From Octopus bimaculoides (taxonomy: Eukaryota), in contig NC_068987.1 in the NCBI RefSeq assembly GCF_001194135.2, forward strand, positions 8,555,218 to 8,619,082: 63,865 nt of DNA, given 5' to 3'. This document shows positions 24,699-35,748 of this stretch, one piece after another. The notes below the pieces were generated by a model. It was not told the DNA's origin. It saw only the letters and a list, made by a program, of their open reading frames with translations, and did not search any database. Positions within the stretch are counted from its first letter, which is position 1, and every line of letters starts with the position of its first letter. The position numbers and the translations under genes were made by a program.

Positions 24699-25119
24699 GT
24701 CCTTCCTACTTTAGGCACAAAGCCTAAAATTTTGGGGGTGGGAGCTACTTCATTGCGTTAGACCTCAGTACTTAACTGGTACTTATTTTATCAACCCTGA
24801 AAGGATGAAAGGTAAATTTGACCTGGGTGATATTTGAACTAAAAAATTGTAGGGAGCCAGGAGAAACGCTGGTAAGTATTTCATCCAATACAATAACAAT
24901 TCTGCCAGCTCGCTACGGTAGTAGTAGTAGTAGTAATCATAATAATAATAATATTAATAATAATAATAATAATAATAATAGCATATTTAATGTGACGATG
25001 ATGATTGTAGGTTTGACTATAAACAGCAAAGGCTCATTCCTAGAATGCAAAGAATCCAAATTTCGATTGTGTTGTATATCAAAAGGCTGGTGGTATCTGT
25101 TGTTGGAGATCAAGGAGAA

Positions 25120-25173
25120 TTAGACATTCGATGTTGGTACATTTTCTAAGAACTTCTCTTGTGACAACATTAC
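25120..25173 (-). CDS. PPFIBP: Liprin-beta terminal coding exon
   Basis: TTTCTCTGTTGTCCATTGTAG|GTA ATG; VMLSQEKFLENVPTSNV*; continues the LT(H/x)ML motif and ends in SNV like vertebrate liprin-beta1. Confidence 0.85.
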   Translation of the reverse strand, partial: VMLSQEKFLENVPTSNV

Positions 25174-25261
25174 CTACAATGGACAACAGAGAAAAAAAAC
25201 AGATTAAAAAACTTCCACAAGGAAAAATAGTTGAAGCTGGTTAAACTATAACAACATCAGC

Positions 25262-25298
<37 letters not shown>

Positions 25299-27397
25299 AT
25301 GTCAGCAGGTGATTATTTTATATTAATTTCAAAGGAAAAAAAATATTTAAATACAACTCTTAAAATAAAAATCACAAAAAATAATCAAAAACACAACACA
25401 ACAAAAGAAACACCATTCTCCCTTCACCTTTAATTATGGCACCAAAAACCGGAAATGTTAAAGAAAAAAATGTTATAGAATTGTGACTATTCCTGATATG
25501 ATGTTTTTTTTTATTTAATACTGAACAAATGTAAAAAACACCCATGCTGGCACCGGGTATAAAGTACTCGTGCCAATACCACTGAAAAAGCACTTGTGCT
25601 GGTACCACATAAAAAAGCAGCCAGTATATTTTCTGTGAAGTGGTCGGTTTTAGGAAGGGCATCCAGCAATAGAAACCATGCTAAAACAGACAGTTGGAGC
25701 TTGGTTCAACCCTCTGGCTTGCCAGCTTTTGTCAAACTGTGCAACCCATGACAGCATGGAAGAGAGGCATTAAATGATGGTGAAACCTGTGACATAAAAG
25801 TAGGTGACTGGACATTCTAGAGAGACACACAGGTCCAGCATTCAAGTTTCAATCTGATATGTAGCTGGTATGTAATATTTATTTCTTTATTGCCCACAAG
25901 AGGTTACACACAGAGGGGACAAACAACAGACAAAGGGATTAAATTGATTACATCGACCCCAGTGCGTAACTGGTACTTATTTAATTGACCCTGGCAGATG
26001 AAATACTGCCAAGCATTTTGCCTGGCGTGCTAACGATTCTACCAGCTCACCACCCTGCTGGTATATAATATTATCAGCAGTGAGGACATGTTAAATTTAG
26101 TTTTTACTCTAATGTACTAGAAAGGAGGTCTTGGAATGAGAAAATTGGTGCAGCTGATTTGGCATGGCTGACCCTGTTTTTGACAATAGTTTTCAGCACT
26201 GCAGGCAAACATAACACACACACACACACACAAGTACACATGCACAGAAATATTCACATAAATAGTGTGAAAGAGAGAGGGAGAGATTATAATATATAAA
26301 TTGAACACAATTGATAAAACACTTTCCCTTTTATACACACAGAGAAATTAACTGGTGCTCCATCAGTTATGCTGATGATGATGGTTCCAGCCAATCTGAT
26401 CAACAGAACAGCCAACTCGTGAAATTAATGTGCAAGTGGCTGGGCAATGCACAGATATGCGTACCCTTAACGTAATTTTCAGGGAGATTAAGTGTGACTT
26501 CTTACCACATAGCAACGCCTGTGCTCATGTCTAGATTAGTTGGAAAAGATAGCAATTAAAATGATTTAGTGTTGTAGTAAATATGATGGAATGTCACTGA
26601 AGTGTCTTGGTCAATAAGTGTGTGTGCACCTTGAACGTTTAAATTGGTTTTTAGTTCTAATACTTTTGTAGATGGTCTCCAGATGAGGACAAGGTGGTTT
26701 GAAATAATCAAACAAGTGAAAGATATAAAGTTTTAATTCTCATAGAAACCAAGTTTTAAAATATAAATTAGTTTTGTATCTGTGAAGTTGTGTGTTAGCT
26801 GTGAACTACACAAAAAAACAAAAAAAAAACAAAAGCTTCAATAGTTAAAAAAATCTGGTGCTGATTCCAAATATTAGTTTGAGACTTGCGACCAAAAACA
26901 AGTTAGTAGCTTGATGATTTTTAGAGGTTTTTTTTCAATAATATCAAACATTTAGGTGATAGAATAATGTGGGAAAATCACAAACAAATCCTGCAAAAGC
27001 AAAAATATATCAGAATATATGAGAAATTATTTCCACATTTGTTGAGGAAATTGGTTAAATTTCAGTTAGCAGCTGTGAACTTGTTAGAAATATAGCCAGG
27101 ATGGAAAAAAAAAAAAAAAGAAGAAAAACCATCACCCCACTAAGTAACAAAATTTGCAGTTGAGATCATTGGCTTAAGGTTTTTTTTTATGTGTCCTAAT
27201 GACGGATCCTCTCATGGATAAAATTCACTAACCTTTTTATAGTTGAGCATGCTTTTCATTTTAAGATCTGGAACAAGTAAAAAAGGTGTGCTTAAAGCCT
27301 TTCTAATGGTATTATGCGTTACGTTGACCTTAATCCTTCAAAGATAACACAACAGATACTTAACCTAACGGCTTAATCAGATACAAAACATTGAGAT

Positions 27398-27456
<59 letters not shown>

Positions 27457-27670
27457 TGTTTCTACTATAGGTACAAGGCCCGAAGGGAGGGATGGAGGCT
27501 AGTTGATTATCCCCCAACCCCAGTATTTAACAGGTACTTATTCCATTGATCACGGAAAGATGAAAGGCAAAGCTGACCTCAGCAGAATTTGAACTCAGGA
27601 CATTAGGCTGGAAGAAATGCTGCTAAGCATATTGTCCAGCATGCTACTGATTCTGCCAGCTCACTGCCTT

Positions 27671-27704
<34 letters not shown>

Positions 27705-27755
27705 TTAACAATAATGATGATGATGATGATGTTAACAATAATGATGATGATGATG

Positions 27756-27796
<41 letters not shown>

Positions 27797-28590
27797 GATG
27801 ATGATGATGATTTCAAATTTTTGCCACAAGGGTAGCTTGAGGGAAGGGATTAAGTTGATTACATCAATCCCAGTGTGTAACTTAGTATTTATTTAATTGA
27901 CCTCAAAAGGGTGAAAGGCAAAGTTGAGGGAACAATTTGATTAAATCAACCCCAACGCTTGAGTGGTACTTTATCTTACAAACCTTGGAGGGGACAAAAG
28001 GAAAAGTTGACTAAGGCAGGATTTCGAAGGAAAAAAAGCAAGAAGAAATACTCAAAGACAATTTGACAGACACACTGACAATTCTGCTAACCCACTGACA
28101 TGATGATGATGATGATGATGATAACAACAATAAAGGTTTCAAATTTTGGCACAGGGTCAGCCGATTACTTCGACTACAATGTTCAACGGGTACCTATTTT
28201 ATCAACCCCTGAGAGGATGAAAAGCAGTCAACCTTGGAGGAATTTGAACTCAGAACATAAAAACAGATGAAATGCCACTAAACATTTTGCTTGACATGCT
28301 TAATGATTCTGCCAGCTTGCAGCCTTAATAATAATACTACTACTACTAATAATAATAATAATAATACTACTACTACTACTAATAATAATAATAATAACTT
28401 TGTAATTTAGGCACCAAACCAGCAATTTTGAAGGAATGGGATTAATCAATGCTAGCAACCCCCCAGTACTTGACTGTTACTTTATTTTATCGACCCTGAA
28501 GGGATGAAAGGCAGCATTGACCTTCACAGGATTTGAACTCAGAATACAAAGGGTCAGAAATATTGCAGTGTTTTAATGATTCTGCCAATC
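27457..28590 (-). mobile_element. Train of five co-oriented SINE family B copies separated by (AAT)n/(GAT)n
   Basis: Repeated core ACTGGTACTTATTTTATCGACCC...GATGAAAGGCAAAG in the last liprin-beta intron; other copies at 24700-24917, 25890-26055, 30270-30710, 33260-33390, 36770-37005. Confidence 0.8.
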
Positions 28591-29353
28591 CACAATCCTG
28601 AACTAAACATTAAAGGATATAAGAGGAGAAGCTTATGAAGAAATTTAATAGTATGTAGCTGACAATAATAAATATTGTGAGTTAAAGGGTCTGTTTTCAA
28701 TATCTTTACTCTTAACAAAAGCTTCAGTATAGTGACTAGAGTTCTAACTCATTACCAAGGTTAGGGTTTCAAATCAGTACTGGGAGTAACAAAATGTAAT
28801 CCATAAATCTAAAATGAGATGGAAATTTCCAAATACCAAATCAGTTGCTAGATGTATAGGAATGAAATAAATTTTTTACTAATATGCTACCATATTTACT
28901 TGTGTTTATATCATACCCCTAATCTAATGTTAAATCTTGGTATAAAATTTTTTTCCTTTCATAGTTTTAGCTTTACCCTATGTACAAGTCACACCACCAG
29001 TTTGTTTTTTTGTTTCTTTTTTCAGTTTCAACCAAGTATAAAGTGTGTTACACACAAATAAATACAGTAGTTTTACTGTAATAAGCTAAATTTGTTGAGA
29101 GGAGTTGAGTTGTCAGTATGTAGATAATAGCCATTGTTCTTATTTCCAAACTGAACATCTAATGCTTCTAGTAAAAGAACAAAAAAAACAAAAGATGTAT
29201 CACAACTTCCATTCATTTCTCCCTTATAGTCAATTAACAAGTCAAATGACCAAAGTGAAGCAACTAATCCTCTATTTATTACATTTGCTTGCAATAAGGA
29301 CACATTGAGTTCTGTCATGCTAACTAACGGTTACAGAAATAAGAGTTACTTAC

Positions 29354-29413
29354 CGTTAATGAACTGATTTCTTTCGATACTGCTCCAATCTCTTTTGCAG
29401 CAATTTCATCTCG
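29354..29413 (-). CDS. PPFIBP: Liprin-beta penultimate coding exon
   Basis: TTTTTCCGTTCATTAAAG|CGA ... ACG|GTAAGT; RDEIAAKEIGAVSKEISSLT resembles the liprin-beta ..QIGAFSEGINNLT segment. Confidence 0.85.
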
Positions 29414-30709
29414 CTTTAATGAACGGAAAAATCAAATAAACAAAATTATATAAACATAAAAGTTATTTCAATAAATATGAAGAGGAAAGTGTAAAACTTA
29501 AATAACTAAGCAGTACATAAAGTTCATTTATTTGTTTAAGATCTGTTTTTTTTTTTTAATGCTAGCATGGGTTGGATGAGAATTTGTTGTTGAGATGTTA
29601 TTTTATGGCCAGATTACTTTGCTTTCACTAATCCTTACTTGCTTTTCGAGAAAAGGATAATACTTGTCTTTGAAAGCACTTGGGCCATAGTGTGATTTCT
29701 TAACAAGAAATGCCAACATAACATCACAGATATTTCCCAACTGTTTTTCATGCCAAGATACAGAATGTAAACACTGATATCAGCACATACACATATCGGG
29801 ATGCATGCATGTACACACACAAACACACAAAGAGAAAGATTGTTTATGAATTTCATTTAAGGGAACTAAATCTCAAAAAAAGCTAAAAACAAAACCGTTA
29901 TTACTTGACTAATTTTTCTTATTATCAACATATATGTGCACGCACGCATACACACACACACAGACAGAGCTTCTCAATAGAGCATGTAAAATCACAGGAA
30001 TTAAGCTTAAATACAACTGAAAATTTAACCGGCCCATATCTGTGCATAAATGAAACTAATATTGATTTACAGGCTGACAAAATCGTTATTGGTAAAATAA
30101 TATATGTAATTCTAGATAACATCATATTTGGTATATTGAGTTTTTGAGTTTGTAGGTTACTTATGATCTGCTCTAGCTGCGCAAAAATGTCTAAGATCTA
30201 TAAGACTTGTTAATAAGTTACAAACTATGCATTTATATTGAGCAAATGGAAATAAGTTTCGAAATTTCAGAAGCAACGTTTTTATTTTGGTACAAGGCCA
30301 GCAATTTACTGGGAGGAGGTAAGTTGATTATATCAACTCCAGTGCTCAACTGGTACTTATTTAGCAACCCCCAAAAGGATAAAAGGCAAAGTTGACCTTG
30401 GCGGAATTAGAACCCAGAACATGAAGACAGGCAAAACGCCGCTAAGCATTTTGCCTGGCATGCTAGTAATTCTGCCAGCTCTCACCTTTGTTTGATACAT
30501 AACAACAATAATAATAATAATCCTTTCTACTGGAAATACAAGGTCTCAAATTTGGGGGAAGGGATTAAGTCGATTAGATCAACCTCAATGTGTAACTGGT
30601 ACTTATTTAATTAATGAAAGGCAAAGTTAACCTCAGTGGCATTTGAACTCAAAACGTGAAGACAGAAGCATTTTGCTTGGCATGCTAATGATTCTGCCAG
30701 CTCGCCACC

Positions 30710-30744
<35 letters not shown>

Positions 30745-30767
30745 GATTAATTAAATGAAACACATAC

Positions 30768-30929
30768 CTCTTTTATACTTCCGTTATTGTGTTGACAAGA
30801 CATCAATTTATTAAACATATGGTCAGTACCATTTACTGAAGATGTATTTTTAATTGGACAGATAAAGCTTTCCGTCTGACTTTCAGACTTGCTTCGTTTA
30901 TGCCCAAACAGCAGAAAGTTATTTCGTCG
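30768..30929 (-). CDS. PPFIBP: Liprin-beta post-SAM exon
   Basis: TTTATTTTCCAG|CGA ... GAG|GTATGT; 54 open codons RRNNFLLFGHKRSKSESQTESFICP...GSIKE, phase 0 at both ends; (Y/F)(V/I)CP motif as in liprin-beta. Confidence 0.8.
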
Positions 30930-31158
30930 CTGGAAAATAAAGAGATATAAAACAACAAAATTTTAATTAGGATAATTTTCTTTTAAAATGACATTGTGGT
31001 ATAAGATATATTTTTAGAAATGCTGATATCAATTGCAACTCTTTAGAGATCAATAATATTCAACTGTTGTGATTTATTTGTGGAAGTAACGACAGGTAAG
31101 AGCATTCATAGGAATTTGAAGAATATTTTACCGAAAGTCATAGAATTGAATTACTTAC

Positions 31159-31347
31159 TTTTACTTTAGAATTAGGAAAGAGAGGTTGGTAGTCAGCAGA
31201 AGTTTCAAATTCCCTTTTCTTGTGTTGCATTTCGTTGCCAATAAGTGCAACAAAGTGTGTGCTAAGATGTCGTCTGAGAAGAGATTTGTTGCCAGGAATG
31301 GATAATACCTGAGAGAAGAGCTCAGCATTGAAACGGGGCTCTAGCAC
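31159..31347 (-). CDS. PPFIBP: Liprin-beta SAM3 (C part)
   Basis: TTTTCCTCCAG|GTG ... AAA|GTAAGT; VLEPRFNAELFSQVLSIPGNKSLLRRHLSTHFVALIG...FPNSKVK. Confidence 0.97.
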
Positions 31348-32304
31348 CTGGAGGAAAAGCAGAGAAAGAATAATGTGATGCTAGGTACACTGTGTTTGAA
31401 AGAAAGAAAAAAAAAATAAAGGTGGGATTGTCACAGTTGGAATGTCTATGTTTCACTCAATGAAATCAGATCTCAAACAAGAAACAAAACAAAATACAAG
31501 TACAATTGCATGTTACTGCTTCCAAGTATTTTATTAAAAAAAAAAAAAAAAAAAAGGCAGCAACAGATATTACAAGAAAAGTCATTAGTATTGAACTAAT
31601 TCTTGACAGAACATCAATTATTTAGGCCATTGAGATATATAATTTATATGTAATTTATTTGGCGTTAGGAAGGGCATCCAGCTGTAGAAACTCTGCCAAA
31701 TCAGATTGGAGCCTGGTGTAGCCATCTGGTTTCACCAGTCCTCAGTCAAATCGTCCAACCCATGCTAGCATGGAAAGCGGACGTTAAACGATGATGATCA
31801 CTATCTTGAACTACATTGCAGAAATCTGCAAATATTTTAAGCCCAACGGTACTAAAAGCCTTGATATAAATACATCTCTATGAACAATGTATTCACTAAT
31901 GCTCTCCCATCGCTAACAGTTGAATAGTCAACAGCCTCATGGTTGTCTCCCTTGGTTCACTGTCAAATATGCAAGTGGGTTCTCGACCATTTTTAAGCCT
32001 ACGGATTCCTGTGGATCCCAATTTTACTCGGAGGGACTCTTAAATCCATTTGATATTTTAAAATCCCATTATACTTTTGTAATTAAATATTATTCAGATT
32101 TGAATTAAAAAAAAGAAAATTATTAAAATATTTTATGTATTGCAAAAAGTATAACTGGTTTACTGCACATGATTTTTAACAACAAAATCTTATATGGACC
32201 CTGGAGGAGAACTAGTGACATAGCAGGTATTGCTGGGTATTTTTTTGATAGTAATTTATATATTACTCAGTGCTTATTCATGAAAAACCTATACCTCTAG
32301 TCCA

Positions 32305-32390
32305 GTGGTTCCCAACCTTTCCACAACCAAGGACACTGTTTCAATGAGTTTTCCCACGGCCCCCTTTTAATATGCTTATCCTTACGTCCC
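32305..32390 (+). mobile_element. hAT-like terminal fragment
   Basis: CAGTGGTTCCCAACC terminus; no partner TIR found. Confidence 0.4.
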
Positions 32391-32429
32391 TATGTATGTA
32401 TGTGTATATATATATATATAAATATATAT

Positions 32430-32809
32430 AATAATAAAGGAGTTACGACGCAAAAACGTATATATTCAAATGAACATATTTATCTTCTTCAATATATATT
32501 TCAGTATAAAGAATTCATTAAGCGACTTAATAAATCAAAATTTCTTTACACATCTTCAGGAATAAATATAACACCAGAAAACTACATTCGGTTTAAAAAT
32601 ACAAACCGTTCATGGCGANNNNNNNNNNTGAACGGTTTGTATTTTTAAACCGAATGTAGTTTTTCTGGTGTTATATTTAATCCTGAAGATGTGTGAAGAA
32701 ATTTTGATTTAAGTCTCTTAATGAATTCTTTATACTAAAATATATATTGAAGAAGATAAATATGTTCATTTGAATATATACGTTTTTGCGTCGTAACTCC
32801 TTTATTATT
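32430..32809. repeat. About 180-bp inverted repeats around a 10-N gap
   Basis: Arms 32430-32612 and 32629-32809 with about 6 differences including indels. Confidence 0.85.
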
Positions 32810-33036
32810 ATTATTATTATTATTAATATAACCAAAACGATCGATTCTTGAAGAGTCTACATACCTTCAGTCGTTTTTTTCTGCTATTTTGGTGATGATT
32901 TTTTGAGTTAGCTTATCAATTATTTTTGTTGGTAGTTAATTTATAATATATTGATATAAATATATATATATATGAAATTTTGAATTTAACCAAAATACAT
33001 CTATCCCTTATTTCAAATTTTATGGAAATTACTTAC

Positions 33037-33168
33037 TATTAGTGCTCCATGCACTCCACTTCCTCGTAGATTAGGAGCATATTCAGAAAGGTCAATAGTA
33101 CGTAGCCATTCCATTACTCTGTGATTTGACCACAGAATAACTTCACTTGGGATATTCTGTTTATTAAC
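33037..33168 (-). CDS. PPFIBP: Liprin-beta SAM3 (N part)
   Basis: TTTTTATAAAG|GTT ... ATA|GTAAGT; VNKQNIPSEVILWSNHRVMEWLRTIDLSEYAPNLRGSGVHGALI; W.NHRVMEWLR..DL.EYAPNLRGSGVHG is characteristic of liprin-beta. Confidence 0.97.
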
Positions 33169-33489
33169 CTTTATAAAAAAAAAAAAAAAATCATGAAGCA
33201 TAATTCTATGCAATAAAATCAATAAAATAGATAAAAATAGAAATGATCAAACGGTGATAATTCTATCTAATTTTGGTAAGGGGCCAGCAGATTTTGAGGG
33301 AAAGGGAAGTTGATTACATGTACATCAGTTCTCAAATAGTACTTCTTTTAACAACCTTGAAAGGATGAATGGTAAAGTCAACCTAAGCACCCTAAAAAGA
33401 GTCTGAAAATTTTCTTAAATATCAATCCTTTTAGAAAATTACTATTTTTAAATCTCACAACGAGAGATATTCAGCAACAGTACTTTGGA

Positions 33490-33767
33490 GTAAAGATTGT
33501 TTGCCAACATAACATGGCAGTCCTGGTTTAGGACGAGCGTTGCTGTAATATAGCCCCAGGAGACATCATCTCCAGCTGGCTATACAACACGGTTTGTGTC
33601 CTTATATCATTTTGAGCTGAGTGAGGGTGCTAGATTCCCTTGTTTGAAAATATAAAGACACAGATCGTGTTGTATAGCCAGCTGGAGACGATGCCTCCTG
33701 GGGCTAAATTACAGCAACGTTCGTCCTAAACCAGGACTGCCATGTTATGTTGGCAAATAATCTTTAC
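33490..33767. repeat. Fold-back MITE-like element with 118-bp arms
   Basis: Arms 33490-33607 and 33650-33767, 110/118 identical, 42-nt spacer. Confidence 0.9.
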
Positions 33768-33894
33768 ATCAATCCTTTCGTTACTGTATTTCTGTTGAAG
33801 TACAGTGCTTTTGTTTTAATTAATTTGGAAAATAATGAAGAATTCAGTAAAATAATTTATCCACTATTAGTGTTTGGAATATAAATTAACATGA

Positions 33895-34104
33895 CGTGGC
33901 CGTTTTCGTGCGGGTGACACGTAAAAGCACCCACTACACTCTCTGAGTGGTTGGTGTTAGGAAGGGCATCCAGCTGTAGAAACTCTGCCAAATCAGACTG
34001 GAGCCTGGTGTTGCCATCCGGTTTCACCAGTCCTCAGTCAAATCGTCCAACCCATGCTAGCATGGAAAGCGGACGTTAAACGATGATGATGATGATGATG
34101 ATGA
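33895..34104 (+). mobile_element. Family C repeat (RTE-type 3' tail ending GGACGTTAAAC(GAT)n)
   Basis: GGTTGG(C/T)GTTAGGAAGGGCATCCAGC...CCATGCTAGCATGG...(GAT)n. Other copies: 8172-8338(+), 10030-10240(-), 10540-10745(-), 10820-10985(+), 21530-21800(-), 22600-22862(+), 25535-25790(+), 31658-31798(+), 56440-56672(+), 58310-58580(-). Confidence 0.8.
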
Positions 34105-34346
34105 CATTTTGAGGGAAGGTTTTAATTTAGATCACTGTAAAACAGTTCATACCATAGAACCTGATGGTATGTTGGTATCAAAAGGGTTAACAAATGGTAA
34201 ATGCAGAGGAGATAAGAATTCTAATCAAAGAGTTTCACTGATCAGTAAATTGTATCAATGGTTAGTTGAAGTAGGTAAAACCAAGAGTATCAAACGACAG
34301 TGATGATGTTTGTCTGACAACAGCAGCTATTATTATGACAACTTAC

Positions 34347-34472
34347 TTCATCAGCTGAGGGTCTACGTTTAAGACACTGAGGGTTGAAATTGTGCATTCG
34401 TAATGTCTGGATAGCTCGTTTGATACTTATGTGATGCAATTCATTGGAGACTTTCAGTGCAAGTAAATCTTC
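34347..34472 (-). CDS. PPFIBP: Liprin-beta SAM2 (C part)
   Basis: TTTCAG|GAA ... GAA|GTAAGT; EDLLALKVSNELHHISIKRAIQTLRMHNFNPQCLKRRPSADE. Confidence 0.95.
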
Positions 34473-34541
34473 CTGAAATTTAAAAAAAAATAGAACAATA
34501 AAACATTTTCAAATGAAATAATTAATAATAATAATAATAAA

Positions 34542-34790
34542 TGGAAGCCAGATATAGTCTTAATTGAGAAAGAAAACAAACTATGCTGGATCATAGATAT
34601 AGTATGCCCAGCTGACAACAAGGTATGCAATAAGGAAGAAAGAAAAGTCGAGAGATATGACAGGTTAGCTTGGGAAGTTAAGCAGTTGTGGCCAGTGAAA
34701 AAGGTAGTAGTAGTACCAATAATTGTCGGAGCCCTGGGAACAGTGAACCACTCGAATATTCTGGAAGGTGCTTGAAAAGTAAGAGGTGGA
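34542..34790 (+). mobile_element. R4/Dong-like RLE endonuclease fragment
   Basis: WKPDIVLIEKENKLCWIIDIVCPAD...KEERKVERYDRLAWEVKQLW...VVPIIVGALGTV: PD..D/ExK-type RLE motif; begins at an (AAT)n tract. Confidence 0.85.
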
Positions 34791-34799
34791 ACACACCTC

Positions 34800-34850
<51 letters not shown>

Positions 34851-34979
34851 ATGGGCTTCTTTCAGTTTTCATCTGCCAAATCCATTCACAAGGCTTTGGT
34901 TGAACTGAGGCTATAGCAGAAGACACTTGCCCAAGGTGCCATCAGTAGGGCTGAACCTGTGCCTGACTGTGGTATTTTC

Positions 34980-35362
34980 TTATTACCTCTACCTTAGTGA
35001 AGTCGGAGGTATTGTTTTCAGTTGTGCTTGTTTGTTTGTTTGTCTGTCTGTCTGTCTGTCTGTGGACAAGATATCTCAAGAACCGCTGGATGGATTCAAA
35101 TGAAACTTTCAGGGATGTTTGGCCTCATGACTGGCACAAACTGATTAGATTTTGGGATCAATCCGGTACCGGACAAGGATTCTGGATTATTTTTCCTGTT
35201 TTTTTACTTAATTTTTGAGAGCAGTCGAGTTTATTCTTAGTATTCTTATTTGTGAGAGCAATCGAGTTTATTTCAGATATTTTCATTTTAAAAATCATCT
35301 CTGTTTAATAATTGTTGGTATTGCTTTGGCGGAGGTTTGCACTCTCTGAGTGCTCTTGTTTT
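34980..35362 (+). mobile_element. Helentron-type non-autonomous element (HINE/DINE-like)
   Basis: 5' TTATTACCTC..CC sub-TIR, (GTTT)n(GTCT)n microsatellite, 3' GGCGGAGGT sub-TIR (35328-35336), then hairpin GCACTC-TCT-GAGTGC and a T-rich end. Confidence 0.7.
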
Positions 35363-35659
35363 TATCAATTTGCTTAAAAACTTTCCTTTACAAATTCAAC
35401 CCCTACTTTCTAATATCTTTCAATGTATTTTCTAGATAAGACCATTGTGACAGATTTAATCTCTTTATGGAAATAAAGAAATTTTAATCTAAAATACATT
35501 TCTTCAACTTCATTATCAATGTGTTATACAACTGTTAGCTTGCTTTCTAATGATCAATTTCTGGAAAACTTTTAATAAAACAACAGCAAAATACAATTTT
35601 GTTTATTTTCAACCATTAAATGGTAAAATAATGTTTATAATAAATTGAAAATTACTCAC

Positions 35660-35748
35660 CACAGTCATATAATGCAGCATGAGTCCATCAACTCGAGCCT
35701 CAAAGAAAGTGTCCTTGTACTGAGGAATTCCAATGTCATCCAACCATC
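35660..35748 (-). CDS. PPFIBP: Liprin-beta SAM2 (N part)
   Basis: GCTTCAG|GA TGG ... GTG|GTGAGT; WLDDIGIPQYKDTFFEARVDGLMLHYMTV. Confidence 0.95.

Noticed and set aside
27457-28590. CRISPR-like repeat array
   Set aside because: Units are ~200-bp diverged SINEs separated by microsatellites in a eukaryotic intron
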